Positions 44,993 to 55,568 of a stretch of DNA of 64,000 nt are shown here, piece by piece (position 1 is the stretch's first letter; each line of letters opens with the position of its first letter). This DNA is from a virus, in IMG/VR virus record IMGVR_UViG_3300050821_002540, positions 1 through 64,000 of that record, one strand, 5' to 3'. Both the position numbers and the translations under genes were made by a program. The notes beneath the pieces are model-generated. The model was not told where the DNA came from and did no database searches. It saw only the letters and a list, made by a program, of their open reading frames with translations.

Positions 44993-45354
44993 GGGCCGTT
45001 CCTCCCGTTCGCTATCTGTTCCGAGATTATCTTGACTGATGTCTGAAGTTCACGGACAGTCATTTCCGTCCTTTGCACTGAATCCCTAAGCGAGGCCCCG
45101 GAATTGAGATGTACCTGGCTTGATATTTCCGAGGTTATCTTCTCAAGCCTGGCATTGCTGTCCTCGACTCTACTCAGCCTTTGCATAACCCCTGGACGTT
45201 CAGGCCTACCAGGGGCAGCTGCCTCCCCGTTGTAGTCATCGATGAAGTGCATCAGCGCCGACACTCCCTTCCACACCTTCCTTATGATCCATCCGATGAC
45301 GATGAACATAAACGTCGCGAGGGCTACTGCGGCTGAAATCCATTGTGGGTCCAC
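44989..45354 (-). CDS. Membrane protein, holin-associated type
   Basis: TM followed by GE...PG...PGVMQRL...NSGASLRD. Confidence 0.7.
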   Translation of the reverse strand: MDPQWISAAVALATFMFIVIGWIIRKVWKGVSALMHFIDDYNGEAAAPGRPERPGVMQRLSRVEDSNARLEKITSEISSQVHLNSGASLRDSVQRTEMTVRELQTSVKIISEQIANGRNGP

Positions 45355-45364
45355 ATCAGCCTAT

Positions 45365-45709
45365 CTACTGGCCGGCCCATAGCGGGCTAAGTGCATTGTC
45401 GAAGTTGAACAAGATGGCACCAGTACCACCTGTCCCGCCTTGCTGGACTGTACCGAAGTAGGCACCAGCGATCGTGTTGAGGTAAGCAAGAGCATTTAGG
45501 GCCCACTGTGAGTCACTAATTCCACCAGGATTCTGTGGGTTAGCGGCACTGCTATACCCGAGTGCCTGCATAGCTGCTAGGCCCTGGCCCTGATTGTTAA
45601 TCTCGGTGTTCAGGTTCTTGATCTTGACGCATAGGTCCCTCAAAGAATGCGAGAAGTTTGTAAGATTCTGATCCATCGTGGCCGTACTTGCCTGGCTTCC
45701 TACACTCAC
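45365..45709 (-). CDS. Small late protein following a tail protein
   Basis: Coupled ORF. Confidence 0.65.
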   Translation of the reverse strand: MSVGSQASTATMDQNLTNFSHSLRDLCVKIKNLNTEINNQGQGLAAMQALGYSSAANPQNPGGISDSQWALNALAYLNTIAGAYFGTVQQGGTGGTGAILFNFDNALSPLWAGQ

Positions 45710-46389
45710 GGGCCTATCCTTTCAAGCATGCTTCCGGAACACGTTATTGTTGGAGCGCCTGTTGTAGATGCCCAGGCCGCCATTATGTAGGCATTCGTTG
45801 ACACGGTAGTGTTTACCGTTATGGCATCATTATGCCCGTACGTAGGGACGGCAGTGCCAGAGTTCTGCTTGATATCCATATCGAGCGTATACTGAGCCGA
45901 GCCGCTAGATCCAGGAGTTGTTGCCTGGAATATCCCCCTTACCATCCAGCCAAAGCCAGCTGTTATTGAGCAGAAAGAAGAGGCGTAGGCTGCTGATGCC
46001 TGTTGCGAGTTGAAGCCGAACAGTGAGAATGTTATCCCCTGGGCTGTGCTGCCCTGTGACCCATTGCCCCATGCGCTAAGCCGGTAGATAGTATTCGTCT
46101 TCGCGTCATTTGCAGGTATTGTGTATGAGTTAGTGAGCCTTGTCGCAGTTGCCTGTGTTACGGTTACTGGAGAGCCGTCAGTGAGTGCGCATATCGCGTA
46201 TCCCTCAAACGCGAAGGATGGGATTAGCTGCGTCTCAGCGAAAACCTCAAGACCAAATCCAACCTGGACGTTGCCTGAGAATACTGCATTGCCGCCCTGG
46301 AAATTCTGCTGCATATGGGCTATCTGGCCACGAATATCGGCTATGTCGGCAAGAATCTGACTTGGGGTGTATGACTTTGCATTTACCAT
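45706..46389 (-). CDS. Minor tail protein
   Basis: Follows the large tail gene; beta-rich. Confidence 0.65.
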   Translation of the reverse strand: MVNAKSYTPSQILADIADIRGQIAHMQQNFQGGNAVFSGNVQVGFGLEVFAETQLIPSFAFEGYAICALTDGSPVTVTQATATRLTNSYTIPANDAKTNTIYRLSAWGNGSQGSTAQGITFSLFGFNSQQASAAYASSFCSITAGFGWMVRGIFQATTPGSSGSAQYTLDMDIKQNSGTAVPTYGHNDAITVNTTVSTNAYIMAAWASTTGAPTITCSGSMLERIGP

Positions 46390-49300
46390 GATAGAGCCTC
46401 AGTAACTGGAACGCATATAAAGTAACCAATCTGGAATGTAACCGGGAACGTCCCGGTTGGCGTAGCTGTCAGGTACATAGTTGTCTGGAATGCTGTTGTA
46501 GTTACGCCAAGCGAGCCGAAGGACCATCCAGGACCAGCTAGCGTAATGTTTGTTCCAAAGAATCCACTTCCTCCGTCAGCACCCATATTGATAACAGCAC
46601 CAGGCGTGCCATTTATCGCCCAGTATATCATGTAGTTCGGATTACCAACACCAGGACCAGGAAGTACCGGGAATGTTGCCCCGGTAGCGTAGCCTCCATT
46701 AGCACTAGTTGTACACTGTAGGTAGTAGTTGTAAGGGGAGGCTATAGTACTTGTAACCAGGACAGAGCAGTTAGTTCCGGACCATGATCCGATAAGACCT
46801 GTATTCCAGAAATCACCAGATGTATCTATGTTTGTGGCGTACGGGACATACGGCACACCAGTCACATCAATCTCCCACTTGAATGCGTTCAATGACTCGT
46901 CAAGAGAGGACACTATCTGGTCTATATTACTTGACGGCATGAATGATGGGACATTGAATATATTGATCCTCTGCCCGTCATCAAGATTTGCCTGCTGGGC
47001 GAATAGTGAGGAAACCTCCGGCCTTGTCTGGTCAAGAGCAATTGACTTGTACCTGAAGTCATTAACTGTTCCAACGTCAAGCTTCCATGCAGCGCATTGT
47101 GCGAGCTGTGAGTCCGCATAAAAGTTTCCCGACAGCGAGTATGGGTAGTTACCTACACCGGCCGGTGGGGTAGCTACCGAGAGAGGGCCATTCTGTAGCT
47201 GTACATTAACCGAGCTGCCATTTATCCTTGAGAGAGTTATATTGTTTCTTAGCTGCTGCTGATCAAATACCGGCTGGATATTCTGCGCTACCTGGGCCGA
47301 CGTATAGTTGAGTGCTAGAGATGGGTCATTGTCAATCATTGCAACACGACTTACAAATTCAATACCACAGAACCATCTCGGCTCTACAAGAACACCACAG
47401 TCAACATCCTGTATCTGCTGCATTATACTCATAAAGGTATCGTCGGGCTGTGGACCCATCCTCACACCAATGCCTATTGAGACATTTCCAATAGCAAACT
47501 GCTGACCGGAGAACGTAGGCGTAGCGGTATTGTATACAGCAAGGTTCATAGATGTTGTGTTAGCGGGCACCAGACATTGCGTTATTGATATGGTGCCCGT
47601 AGAGAATGGTGATGGGAATGATACTGCTGACAAAAGCGTAGCGGTACCGTTTGTTGCACCATTGTTCTTGAAGTATGTAATTATTACATTGTAGTTGCCT
47701 GCCTGTCCGAGGGTGTTCAGGTCGATGTATGCACTAACGTACTGTCCGGCCGGGACGGGTATCTGAGGACTTGTCGCTATTGCACCTGACGCCGTACCGC
47801 TGTTGGCAATAAGAATGAAGTTACTCTCATACTCGCCATAGTCTTCACAGCTTGACAGGGTCGAGTTGCTACTAGTCCACCCACCAAGAGCAATTGTTGA
47901 GTACGTATTCTGGTACGGAAGGATACTATTCCAGTTCCAGTAACCATCCCCCTGATACGCACATCTTATGCCCTCTTCAGAGCATATCCTCTTGAACCTG
48001 TCTATTGCAAGTTCGCCGGCAAATCCTCCAAATGCCGGTGAAACTATCGCGACATATTCAAGTGCACCCTGAAGGACAATATGCCCTACAGCCGTATCCT
48101 GGATGTTCCCGTTCGGGTTGATGACAACTGAACTTATAGCACCAATAGATCCGGTGTACGGTATGATAATACCAATTGGAACAGCTGAATTAGGCGCAAC
48201 GGTAAAGATAGTACAGTTAACACTAGAGCCATTAACAGCAAGCTCCATACTGACAAGCCATGGCCCTGTGCCGTTAACTGGAGGCATAGCGCCAGTGCCG
48301 GTATCAAATATCAGCGAGCTTCCTGAATTGTACCCCCGAAGTCCGAACAGCCCACCACCAGACGACACGTAGTAGCACTCAATACGAGCAAGTGTCCCGC
48401 TTGCAACTATCCCCCTCGCGAGTACAGCTCCGTTTGGCATACCAGTAGCAGGAACGTTAGTTACAAATCTTAGGATAACATTGTTTGGCGTACTTACGCC
48501 AGCAAAGTTGATCGTTACCTGTCCTGATGCACCCTGTGCGCCGGGGCCATACTTGGGTGCATACTTATTCTGGTTGGAGCCAGATCCCCCACCGCCACCG
48601 GGAAATCCGCCAATACCTGCAAGGTTAGCTGTGTATGTCTTCAGGGCCGTCTGGAATGTCTCGCCCTTGCCGCCCTTACCACCACCGCTTACAGCCGTAG
48701 CCCCGGCACCACCACTATTGCCAGATGTACTACCGCCTGTCAGTCCGCCAGTAAAGGTACCGCCTGAGCCACCGCCTCCACCACCCCCACCGATTACATT
48801 GCCGATACCGCCATTGCCGCCATTATGGTGAACAGCAGACTGACTTCCTGTACCGCCATTAGTGGCGCTAACGCCGCTAGTCCCAGCCCCATGAGCGAGT
48901 GTGGTGACAGAGTCAGCCTGAAAGAAAGAGTTACCACCAGCTGCGCCCGAGTAGGCTGTTGTACCACTCGCCCTACCGCCCCCACCGCCAGCACCAACGG
49001 TCAGGTTGTAGTAGTTGCCAGGAGTTACCGCAACACTAGAGTCAGCAGCAGACTCTCCACCACCTCCAGCAATTACGTGAACGCCATTGCTGCCTCCTGC
49101 GCCACCTCCGGTTGCACTTACCGATGTAAGTGTTGTCGTCCCTCCTGGACATAGCCACTGGTAGTTCCCCGGAGTGTTCCATGTTACGGGGCCTCCCCAG
49201 CTTTGACTACCAGTATTGCCAGTCCATACACTACCATTCAGCTGCGGTATTGGATCGCTACCGGGAACACCACTATCAGATGAAAGGCCAGGAGTACCTG

Positions 49301-50537
49301 TCCATGTCATCGTTGAACCTCCAGATTCAATATTCTGGAAGTTAGTTGCCCCAGTTAGCTCCTCGCAAGGCCAGTATGCTATCGGAGTTGTTACATCAGT
49401 CTTCCTTGTATAGAACCTCTTCAGCGGAGATCCAATATTATTGCCCTGGATGTACCTGGTAAGAATCCCACTCGCGATTACATTGACGTATATGTAATTG
49501 CCAGTTGGGTCCCAGGAAGGTGGCCAGTTACTAACCTCACCTATAAACCTGTAGCCCGAGTATACAACTCCAGTAATAGACTGTGAATTGACACTGACGA
49601 ATATCCTGGTGTTGCCTGTGATATACGGGTAGAATGGACTACCTGAATTGTTCGGCGTAAATGCTCCGCCAGTATTGTTGAGCGTTAGCGTCATTGTTAC
49701 TGGGTTTATTGACTCCGTCTCACTTGGGCTTCCCCGCCCAGTAATTTGTATGTCGTTAGTCTGGTATACAAGTCCTGTTATGTCTGCCAGGGAACCATTG
49801 AGGAGAAGCTGTACCGTTACGCCAAGTGGATTAAGCGGGAATACTGGGTAGGTAGGAGCCACATACCAAGGGCCTACAAACCCAGAATCGAGTAGGGCAA
49901 GGTCATCAAAGTATAGCGATGGCTGGTTTATATTTGACGTGTTCCAGCCAAAAGTAATCTGGTTTACACTTCCGGAAACTCCAAAGGCACTCGCCGTATC
50001 GGTAAGCGTGTATGAAATTGTAGTGGTGTCAAATGCGGCAGCCTGGTAAACATTCACGGCAAGGGAAGCCGAGCCAGAACTACCACAGACAAGCTGCCAT
50101 TCAACTCTTGCCCAGCTATTAAGGGTCAGGGCTGATGCAGCCGTCTGCGTTACGGTCCCTCCAGGATTTACAATTGAAAGCTTTCCTGCAGTGTCATACC
50201 GTATGCCGCCGCCCGCCGTACCGGAGCTAGCAAACTTGACAATAAGATCTGATGTTGTGGCAACTGCTGTTGGATTTATGTAGAACCGGCCGTAAATAGT
50301 AGATACGGTACCGAGAGAGGTTGACCATCCAAAGTTACAAATACCACCGGAACCGCTTGTACTAACCTGCCCACTTAGCTCTCCATGAGCCTGCCTTGCT
50401 CCGGAGAACCTGTTATTTGTACCGCCAGCCACCGGGTTAATGATGTCAAATAGATCGTCAGTTCCGCTCCCGGAATTAACGCTTGATATAGCCAGGCCGT
50501 TAAAGCCATTCTCGAAGCCATTCTGAAGGTAGACCAT
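46383..50537 (-). CDS. Large minor tail protein (lectin-like N-terminus, Gly-rich insert)
   Basis: 1384 aa directly after tape measure; RFIGEV..W...WD, AYWPCEE and RNNITL motifs. Confidence 0.8.
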   Translation of the reverse strand: MVYLQNGFENGFNGLAISSVNSGSGTDDLFDIINPVAGGTNNRFSGARQAHGELSGQVSTSGSGGICNFGWSTSLGTVSTIYGRFYINPTAVATTSDLIVKFASSGTAGGGIRYDTAGKLSIVNPGGTVTQTAASALTLNSWARVEWQLVCGSSGSASLAVNVYQAAAFDTTTISYTLTDTASAFGVSGSVNQITFGWNTSNINQPSLYFDDLALLDSGFVGPWYVAPTYPVFPLNPLGVTVQLLLNGSLADITGLVYQTNDIQITGRGSPSETESINPVTMTLTLNNTGGAFTPNNSGSPFYPYITGNTRIFVSVNSQSITGVVYSGYRFIGEVSNWPPSWDPTGNYIYVNVIASGILTRYIQGNNIGSPLKRFYTRKTDVTTPIAYWPCEELTGATNFQNIESGGSTMTWTGTPGLSSDSGVPGSDPIPQLNGSVWTGNTGSQSWGGPVTWNTPGNYQWLCPGGTTTLTSVSATGGGAGGSNGVHVIAGGGGESAADSSVAVTPGNYYNLTVGAGGGGGRASGTTAYSGAAGGNSFFQADSVTTLAHGAGTSGVSATNGGTGSQSAVHHNGGNGGIGNVIGGGGGGGGSGGTFTGGLTGGSTSGNSGGAGATAVSGGGKGGKGETFQTALKTYTANLAGIGGFPGGGGGSGSNQNKYAPKYGPGAQGASGQVTINFAGVSTPNNVILRFVTNVPATGMPNGAVLARGIVASGTLARIECYYVSSGGGLFGLRGYNSGSSLIFDTGTGAMPPVNGTGPWLVSMELAVNGSSVNCTIFTVAPNSAVPIGIIIPYTGSIGAISSVVINPNGNIQDTAVGHIVLQGALEYVAIVSPAFGGFAGELAIDRFKRICSEEGIRCAYQGDGYWNWNSILPYQNTYSTIALGGWTSSNSTLSSCEDYGEYESNFILIANSGTASGAIATSPQIPVPAGQYVSAYIDLNTLGQAGNYNVIITYFKNNGATNGTATLLSAVSFPSPFSTGTISITQCLVPANTTSMNLAVYNTATPTFSGQQFAIGNVSIGIGVRMGPQPDDTFMSIMQQIQDVDCGVLVEPRWFCGIEFVSRVAMIDNDPSLALNYTSAQVAQNIQPVFDQQQLRNNITLSRINGSSVNVQLQNGPLSVATPPAGVGNYPYSLSGNFYADSQLAQCAAWKLDVGTVNDFRYKSIALDQTRPEVSSLFAQQANLDDGQRINIFNVPSFMPSSNIDQIVSSLDESLNAFKWEIDVTGVPYVPYATNIDTSGDFWNTGLIGSWSGTNCSVLVTSTIASPYNYYLQCTTSANGGYATGATFPVLPGPGVGNPNYMIYWAINGTPGAVINMGADGGSGFFGTNITLAGPGWSFGSLGVTTTAFQTTMYLTATPTGTFPVTFQIGYFICVPVTEALSW

Positions 50538-53500
50538 TACTTGTTCCTACTTCCGAATGCCCTCTGTACGCTTCCGCCACCCTTATACCTAACAAAGTTT
50601 CTTATGAACTCGGCCATAAACTTCTCAAACTCGCTACTCCCGCCAACAACTTCAAATGTACCTCCGCCACTACCAGGACCAGAGTCGCGAGTTAGGTGCT
50701 CATACCCTCCGGTACCATTCATCATAATGTTAAGGCCAGGCTTGAGCCACCCGCCATTATCATACCAGTTCATAGCAGCCTCGTGCGCCGCCGCCCCGAT
50801 CGGGCCTCCATAAGTGGATGCCATATAGTTCCACATCCAGGCTATCTGTGTACGAGGGTCGGACTGTCCACCTGCCCATGCAGGCCAGGCAGCTACTGGC
50901 ATCTTGGAGAACGGGAGGGCCTGCGGAATACCATACGCCCCGGATGACGGGTTGGTGGCGAACTGGTTCCATCCAGACTCACGCATGGCCACATAGTTCC
51001 ATGCATTCCATACCGGACCTGATGCGTACTGCGGGTACATTGACTGTGCTAGGCGCGCGTTCTGATTCGGGGCCGCCGCTGGCGGGCCGCCGACAGTAGG
51101 ACCAGTAACCTGCTTTGTCGCAACCAGAGTGTTTGCGTATGACACAGCATCCTGGAGGAACTGACCGGCTGCGGAATTCCCAAATGACGGCCATGCACTA
51201 TTAATGAATGAGCTCTCATTATTTCCGGCCCAGTCAGTAAGACCGCTCATACCACCGATAACTCCGCCACTCGCGAAGCCGGGCACCCCCATCTGCTTGA
51301 ACAGCCATGCATACTTCTTTGTCTTGTCCTTATCAATAACGGCCTCACCACGCTCAAGCATAGCGGGCCATTCATCCCCTCCACCAAAGCCAGGTACCTT
51401 ACCGCCTCCTGAGTAGAAGCTCAGGGCACCAAGCTTCTTCAGAACTGAGCCAAGACTCTCGCGAGCCTGGACGGTACCGGAGCCGCTGGCATGAACACCT
51501 ACATTGACCGTCTTGCCATGTAGCCTATCGACCGAACCTTGAAGATTGTTGACAAAGTTCTTTGCATCAGTAGCTGAAAGCCCTGTCTTCTCAAGATCCG
51601 CTATCAGCTGATCACGAGCCGACTTAAAGGCATTGCTATTTATGCCCTGATGGATAATTGCATCCGTCATATTGCTTATGGCTGTCTGTGCTCCGGATGC
51701 CTTAAACAATGACGCCTGGAACGCTGCAACAAGATCGTTGTTAAGTACTCCAGCCAGGCCACCGACCTTAATCGTTGACTTATCGACAATAGCATTCATC
51801 CCTGTCAGGGACGTACCGTTCTGTCCCACCCACTTGTTTAGATTCTGAAGACTTACGGTACCGGGACCGAGAGCATTATTGATGAATGCAATAATGGTGT
51901 CCCTGGCGGTGAGGTTGCTGCCAGCATACGTCAGCATCTCTGCAGACTGGGTGGCAATTACGGTCGTTAGGTCCTTCTGACTTATTCCCTGCTGCGTAAG
52001 CGAGTCGGAAAGCTTCTGTGCTGCAGGTATAACTGTCGTGTATAGGTCACTGGCAAGCGTTAGGCTCTGTGAGTTGAATCCAGTCAGTGATGCACCGGAT
52101 ACCTGAGCATCCTTACCCATTTGCAGAATACCCTGCTGGAATGAGATGAATGCCTGCTGACCGCCAAGCAGCACATTTATGAGGTTGTCTTCGGCCGTAG
52201 TTACGTTCTGGAGGGCAGGAAGAGTCTCCTGCATAAATTCATTACGCTGGGCATTGGCAGCAGCAGCCTGTCGCCCAGTACCGATCGCGAGGGCGTTCTG
52301 GGCATCCGCCGCTGCCTTGGCCTGAATGATAAGGCCAGGTAGTGTCTGCGCAGTAGCGTTCAGGATGTCATTGGATGTTATGCCGGCAGCAGCTAGGAGC
52401 GAAGTGTTACCGCCCGCCGCCTTCAGTACCTGGCTGTAATTGCTCATGTCCTTCTGAAGGACAGGAAGGAGAGCATGGTTGTCATTGAGGACGGTGCCAA
52501 GCCTCTGTGCATTTGCCACGTAGGTGAATGTACCGATAAGCTCCTTAGCTTGCGCTACGGTTAGCTGGCCGTGACTTGCTGCCGCCTCCTTTACGGCAGC
52601 CGCCTGGTCATTAAGTGTCTTGACGTACGTACCGCCACCAACATCAAGAGCATTTTGCGCTGAATTTACTGCTGCTACAGCATCCCTGTACTGAATTAGG
52701 AGGTTGATACCAAGCTGATTTACAGGAACCTGTCCAAGGAACTTCTGTGTAGCAGTGACCATTTCATTAGTGGCATCCTTGCTCCTTACAAGCCAGTAAA
52801 CAAGAGCACCGATACCGGCTGCGGCAAGGGCCGCCCACCCAACAATACTAAGTGCACTTATTGAGGTGAATGCCCCTTCAAGTGCCCAGCTCGAAGCTGC
52901 GGCATAGTCGGCTGCGGCACCAAGAGTGAACAGCACACGGATAAGCTGAACAACACCCTGTCCGATCATCTGAAGGCCGGTAAAGAACTGTGCTGCATCA
53001 AATAGGAGGAAGTTAGCATTTACAAGGCCAAGCGGGATGAGGAGCCTAGCGAATGCGTTTGTTGTGTACAGAACTGCGCTTGCCGCGAGTCCGAGCCATA
53101 GTGCGGCGCCATGGAAAACAAGGAAGCCGTTAAGTATGTCCTGGAATATATGACTTGCACTTAGCGCCTCAAGTGCACCAGTAACGCCAACTACAGCATG
53201 AAGAAGGATCTGTGCATATCCAGGAACAACCTTCAGCAAGTTGCCTACGGTGCCAAAGATGTTAGCGACTACCTCGCCAATCATGGCAACGTCCTTTGGA
53301 CCATCCTTGAGGAATGTCCCAAGTCCGCCACTAACAAGGGCACTCGTTGCCCTAGCCCCGAGGATTTCCAGCTGCCGTCCGGTTGCATCAATGATCGGCG
53401 GGAGCTTGCCGGTATTAGCGCCAACAACAGCAAGAGCATCACCAAATAGCTGGATGGTATACGGCTTTGCTGCATCCTCAAGCTTGTGCATGCCATCGGT

Positions 53501-54559
53501 TAGCGGGTAGACGCTCTGCCCAAAAGCAGTAGTGTCATTGAATGCGGTGCGCATTGCCCTTGATATGTCATTTACCGTTGGTGCGGCACCAAGACCGAAC
53601 GCAGCTAGCGCAACCGTAGCGGGAACAATGACAGCAACGAATTCAGCAACGGTGTCAGCAAGAACGTGCCATGCAGCTACCTGGCCAATTAGCGGAAGCC
53701 TGCCAAGAGCACCACCAAACAGGGTTACCTTTGCTGTAGCCGCAGCACCCCAGAAACCGAACTGAGCAAGCCACCCAGTTCCTGCCTCGAAGAGTGGGAT
53801 CTGATCCCTTATGACCGCATTGTTTGCGATAGCACCAGCTACAGCATCAGCAAATGCTGTCCTGGCGAGTCCGCCATACCTCGCAGCCGCAGTACCGATA
53901 GCGCCCCAGAACCCATAAGTCATCGAGGCAACTCCGGCAAAGCCTCCCATAACCTGCCAGAGCCGGACGATATCATCGTGCGTCATTCCAAAGGCAGAGT
54001 GAAGCTTATAGGAGTCAGCAACTAGGGCATCCATAGCGGCCGTAGTACCACTGCTAATGCCGACATTGAACTTCTGGTCTAGGCCGCTGCCAATCCCTCC
54101 CGTTGGCGTCCCGTAGCTTACAGGAATAACCTCGCTCTGGACTACATGGGGAAGCTTCAGTGGTGCTACATCAAAGCTTACCGGAATCTCTGCACTCAGG
54201 CTGGAGATCTTCTCCATCTGGGTCGCGAGCTGTTCCGGATTAACGTTGATGTCAAGAAGGTCGGAAATACCCTGCTGCTGTATAAGCCTCTTTAGCAACA
54301 TTAGCTGGGTGGTAATCCGGCCGGGGGATATATTGACATCAGCAAGGTCGGCAATTCCCAGGGCCTGTAGCTTTGCCTTGAGCATTGACAACGCAGACAT
54401 CATCTTGTTGGTGTCAATAGAGATCCCGCCGATGTTCTGGAAGTCCTTGCCTAGATCCTTAGCTACCTTCCTGAGTGCCTCCATCTTCAGTAGTGCTGAT
54501 GCGAAGGATGGCCCGGTGAGATCCTTTGCGGTAATCGTGATATTTACTTCATTCGCCAT
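50537..54559 (-). CDS. Tape measure protein with C-terminal lytic transglycosylase-like motif
   Basis: MANEVNITITAKD start; Ala/Leu-rich helices; RESGWN..ATNPSSGAYGIPQALP; WYDNGG. Confidence 0.9.
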   Translation of the reverse strand: MANEVNITITAKDLTGPSFASALLKMEALRKVAKDLGKDFQNIGGISIDTNKMMSALSMLKAKLQALGIADLADVNISPGRITTQLMLLKRLIQQQGISDLLDINVNPEQLATQMEKISSLSAEIPVSFDVAPLKLPHVVQSEVIPVSYGTPTGGIGSGLDQKFNVGISSGTTAAMDALVADSYKLHSAFGMTHDDIVRLWQVMGGFAGVASMTYGFWGAIGTAAARYGGLARTAFADAVAGAIANNAVIRDQIPLFEAGTGWLAQFGFWGAAATAKVTLFGGALGRLPLIGQVAAWHVLADTVAEFVAVIVPATVALAAFGLGAAPTVNDISRAMRTAFNDTTAFGQSVYPLTDGMHKLEDAAKPYTIQLFGDALAVVGANTGKLPPIIDATGRQLEILGARATSALVSGGLGTFLKDGPKDVAMIGEVVANIFGTVGNLLKVVPGYAQILLHAVVGVTGALEALSASHIFQDILNGFLVFHGAALWLGLAASAVLYTTNAFARLLIPLGLVNANFLLFDAAQFFTGLQMIGQGVVQLIRVLFTLGAAADYAAASSWALEGAFTSISALSIVGWAALAAAGIGALVYWLVRSKDATNEMVTATQKFLGQVPVNQLGINLLIQYRDAVAAVNSAQNALDVGGGTYVKTLNDQAAAVKEAAASHGQLTVAQAKELIGTFTYVANAQRLGTVLNDNHALLPVLQKDMSNYSQVLKAAGGNTSLLAAAGITSNDILNATAQTLPGLIIQAKAAADAQNALAIGTGRQAAAANAQRNEFMQETLPALQNVTTAEDNLINVLLGGQQAFISFQQGILQMGKDAQVSGASLTGFNSQSLTLASDLYTTVIPAAQKLSDSLTQQGISQKDLTTVIATQSAEMLTYAGSNLTARDTIIAFINNALGPGTVSLQNLNKWVGQNGTSLTGMNAIVDKSTIKVGGLAGVLNNDLVAAFQASLFKASGAQTAISNMTDAIIHQGINSNAFKSARDQLIADLEKTGLSATDAKNFVNNLQGSVDRLHGKTVNVGVHASGSGTVQARESLGSVLKKLGALSFYSGGGKVPGFGGGDEWPAMLERGEAVIDKDKTKKYAWLFKQMGVPGFASGGVIGGMSGLTDWAGNNESSFINSAWPSFGNSAAGQFLQDAVSYANTLVATKQVTGPTVGGPPAAAPNQNARLAQSMYPQYASGPVWNAWNYVAMRESGWNQFATNPSSGAYGIPQALPFSKMPVAAWPAWAGGQSDPRTQIAWMWNYMASTYGGPIGAAAHEAAMNWYDNGGWLKPGLNIMMNGTGGYEHLTRDSGPGSGGGTFEVVGGSSEFEKFMAEFIRNFVRYKGGGSVQRAFGSRNK

Positions 54560-54794
54560 AGAAATCACCTACCTCTTCTTCCTGAGGATGAGCCATCGCA
54601 ACGATATTAAGCATCCGGATGATACCTGCCTCTTCCTGCAAGATCTGACTTGGCAGGCAGTGAAACCTCTCACACAATCCGATTATGTTCTCGGCCTCTG
54701 CAAGTTCTACAGGCTTTCCGATGCACTCCCCAGTCCTAGTGATTGCTCCACCGAAGTCGAGCCATCGCTGGATTCGGTCTTCGAGGGATTTGGG
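54549..54794 (-). CDS. Tail assembly chaperone, -1 frameshift extension
   Basis: -1 frame gives ...GLCERFHCLPSQI..E...IRML, directly upstream of tape measure. Confidence 0.65.
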   Translation of the reverse strand, partial: PKSLEDRIQRWLDFGGAITRTGECIGKPVELAEAENIIGLCERFHCLPSQILQEEAGIIRMLNIVAMAHPQEEEVGDFYGE

Positions 54795-55141
54795 ACAGCC
54801 ACCATCGCCGTCTGCCATGCCATCATGAGCTGGGTGATAATAGTACGTTCCTGGGAGTCGATACCGTCCTGATCAGTTGGGACTGGCTGCCCTGCCAGAT
54901 CCTCCAGGTCCCATGACACCAGGTGATTCCTGAACAGCTCCAGGATTCGGTCATTGTCCTTGAGAAGGTCCGGGCTAATCTTGATGTTGCCCTCATCGTC
55001 AGGTTCCGGACTTGAAACTGCAGCCATGAGCATCTCATTGTACTCGCCTAGCGAGCAGCAGCTCATCTTCACGTGAAGGCCATCAAGGGCAGTTCCCTCA
55101 AAGGTAAGGTTGTAGATCGTTGGCTGCGGGCGGAATCCCAT
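54707..55141 (-). CDS. Tail assembly chaperone
   Basis: Between tail tube and tape measure; LVSWDLED motif; slippery C CCA AAT at 54788-54794. Confidence 0.8.
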   Translation of the reverse strand: MGFRPQPTIYNLTFEGTALDGLHVKMSCCSLGEYNEMLMAAVSSPEPDDEGNIKISPDLLKDNDRILELFRNHLVSWDLEDLAGQPVPTDQDGIDSQERTIITQLMMAWQTAMVAVPNPSKTESSDGSTSVEQSLGLGSASESL

Positions 55142-55150
55142 AACTTCTCC

Positions 55151-55567
55151 TTATGCCCAGGTGGGAACGGTACCGTCCGCGAGCGAGCCTGGCACCTGCC
55201 AGGTCAGCTCTGCGGTATTGGCACGTGTGATCTGGTAGTCGGTAATGAGGCAGTTGACGGTGATGATCGGCGTAGTAGTGACAGGGGTAGGGGCGATGGA
55301 CACCGAGCGGGTAACCGAGGTGCCAGTAACAGTCGAGAAAACCGAGTGGCTGAGGTTGGCGCCGTTGTCGAAGATGCCGTTGAGGGTAACGGTGAAGTCC
55401 GTGAGTAGCAGAAGCCGCTCATTCGCGAACTTGTTCATGCCGGTCGTGTCCTCAAGACCACGTGGCGTAGTGAAGGTGTAGTTGGTGATGTCTGTGCCGA
55501 TGTTCTGTAGCGTTGCACTTGCATCCGCCACCTGTAGTGTGCCCGAGAGTCCGGTGAGCTTAGGCAT
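55151..55567 (-). CDS. Major tail (tube) protein
   Basis: EDTTG...ERLLLL.D...W..PGSLADGTVPTW; position before the chaperone. Confidence 0.75.
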   Translation of the reverse strand: MPKLTGLSGTLQVADASATLQNIGTDITNYTFTTPRGLEDTTGMNKFANERLLLLTDFTVTLNGIFDNGANLSHSVFSTVTGTSVTRSVSIAPTPVTTTPIITVNCLITDYQITRANTAELTWQVPGSLADGTVPTWA

Positions 55568-55568
55568 C

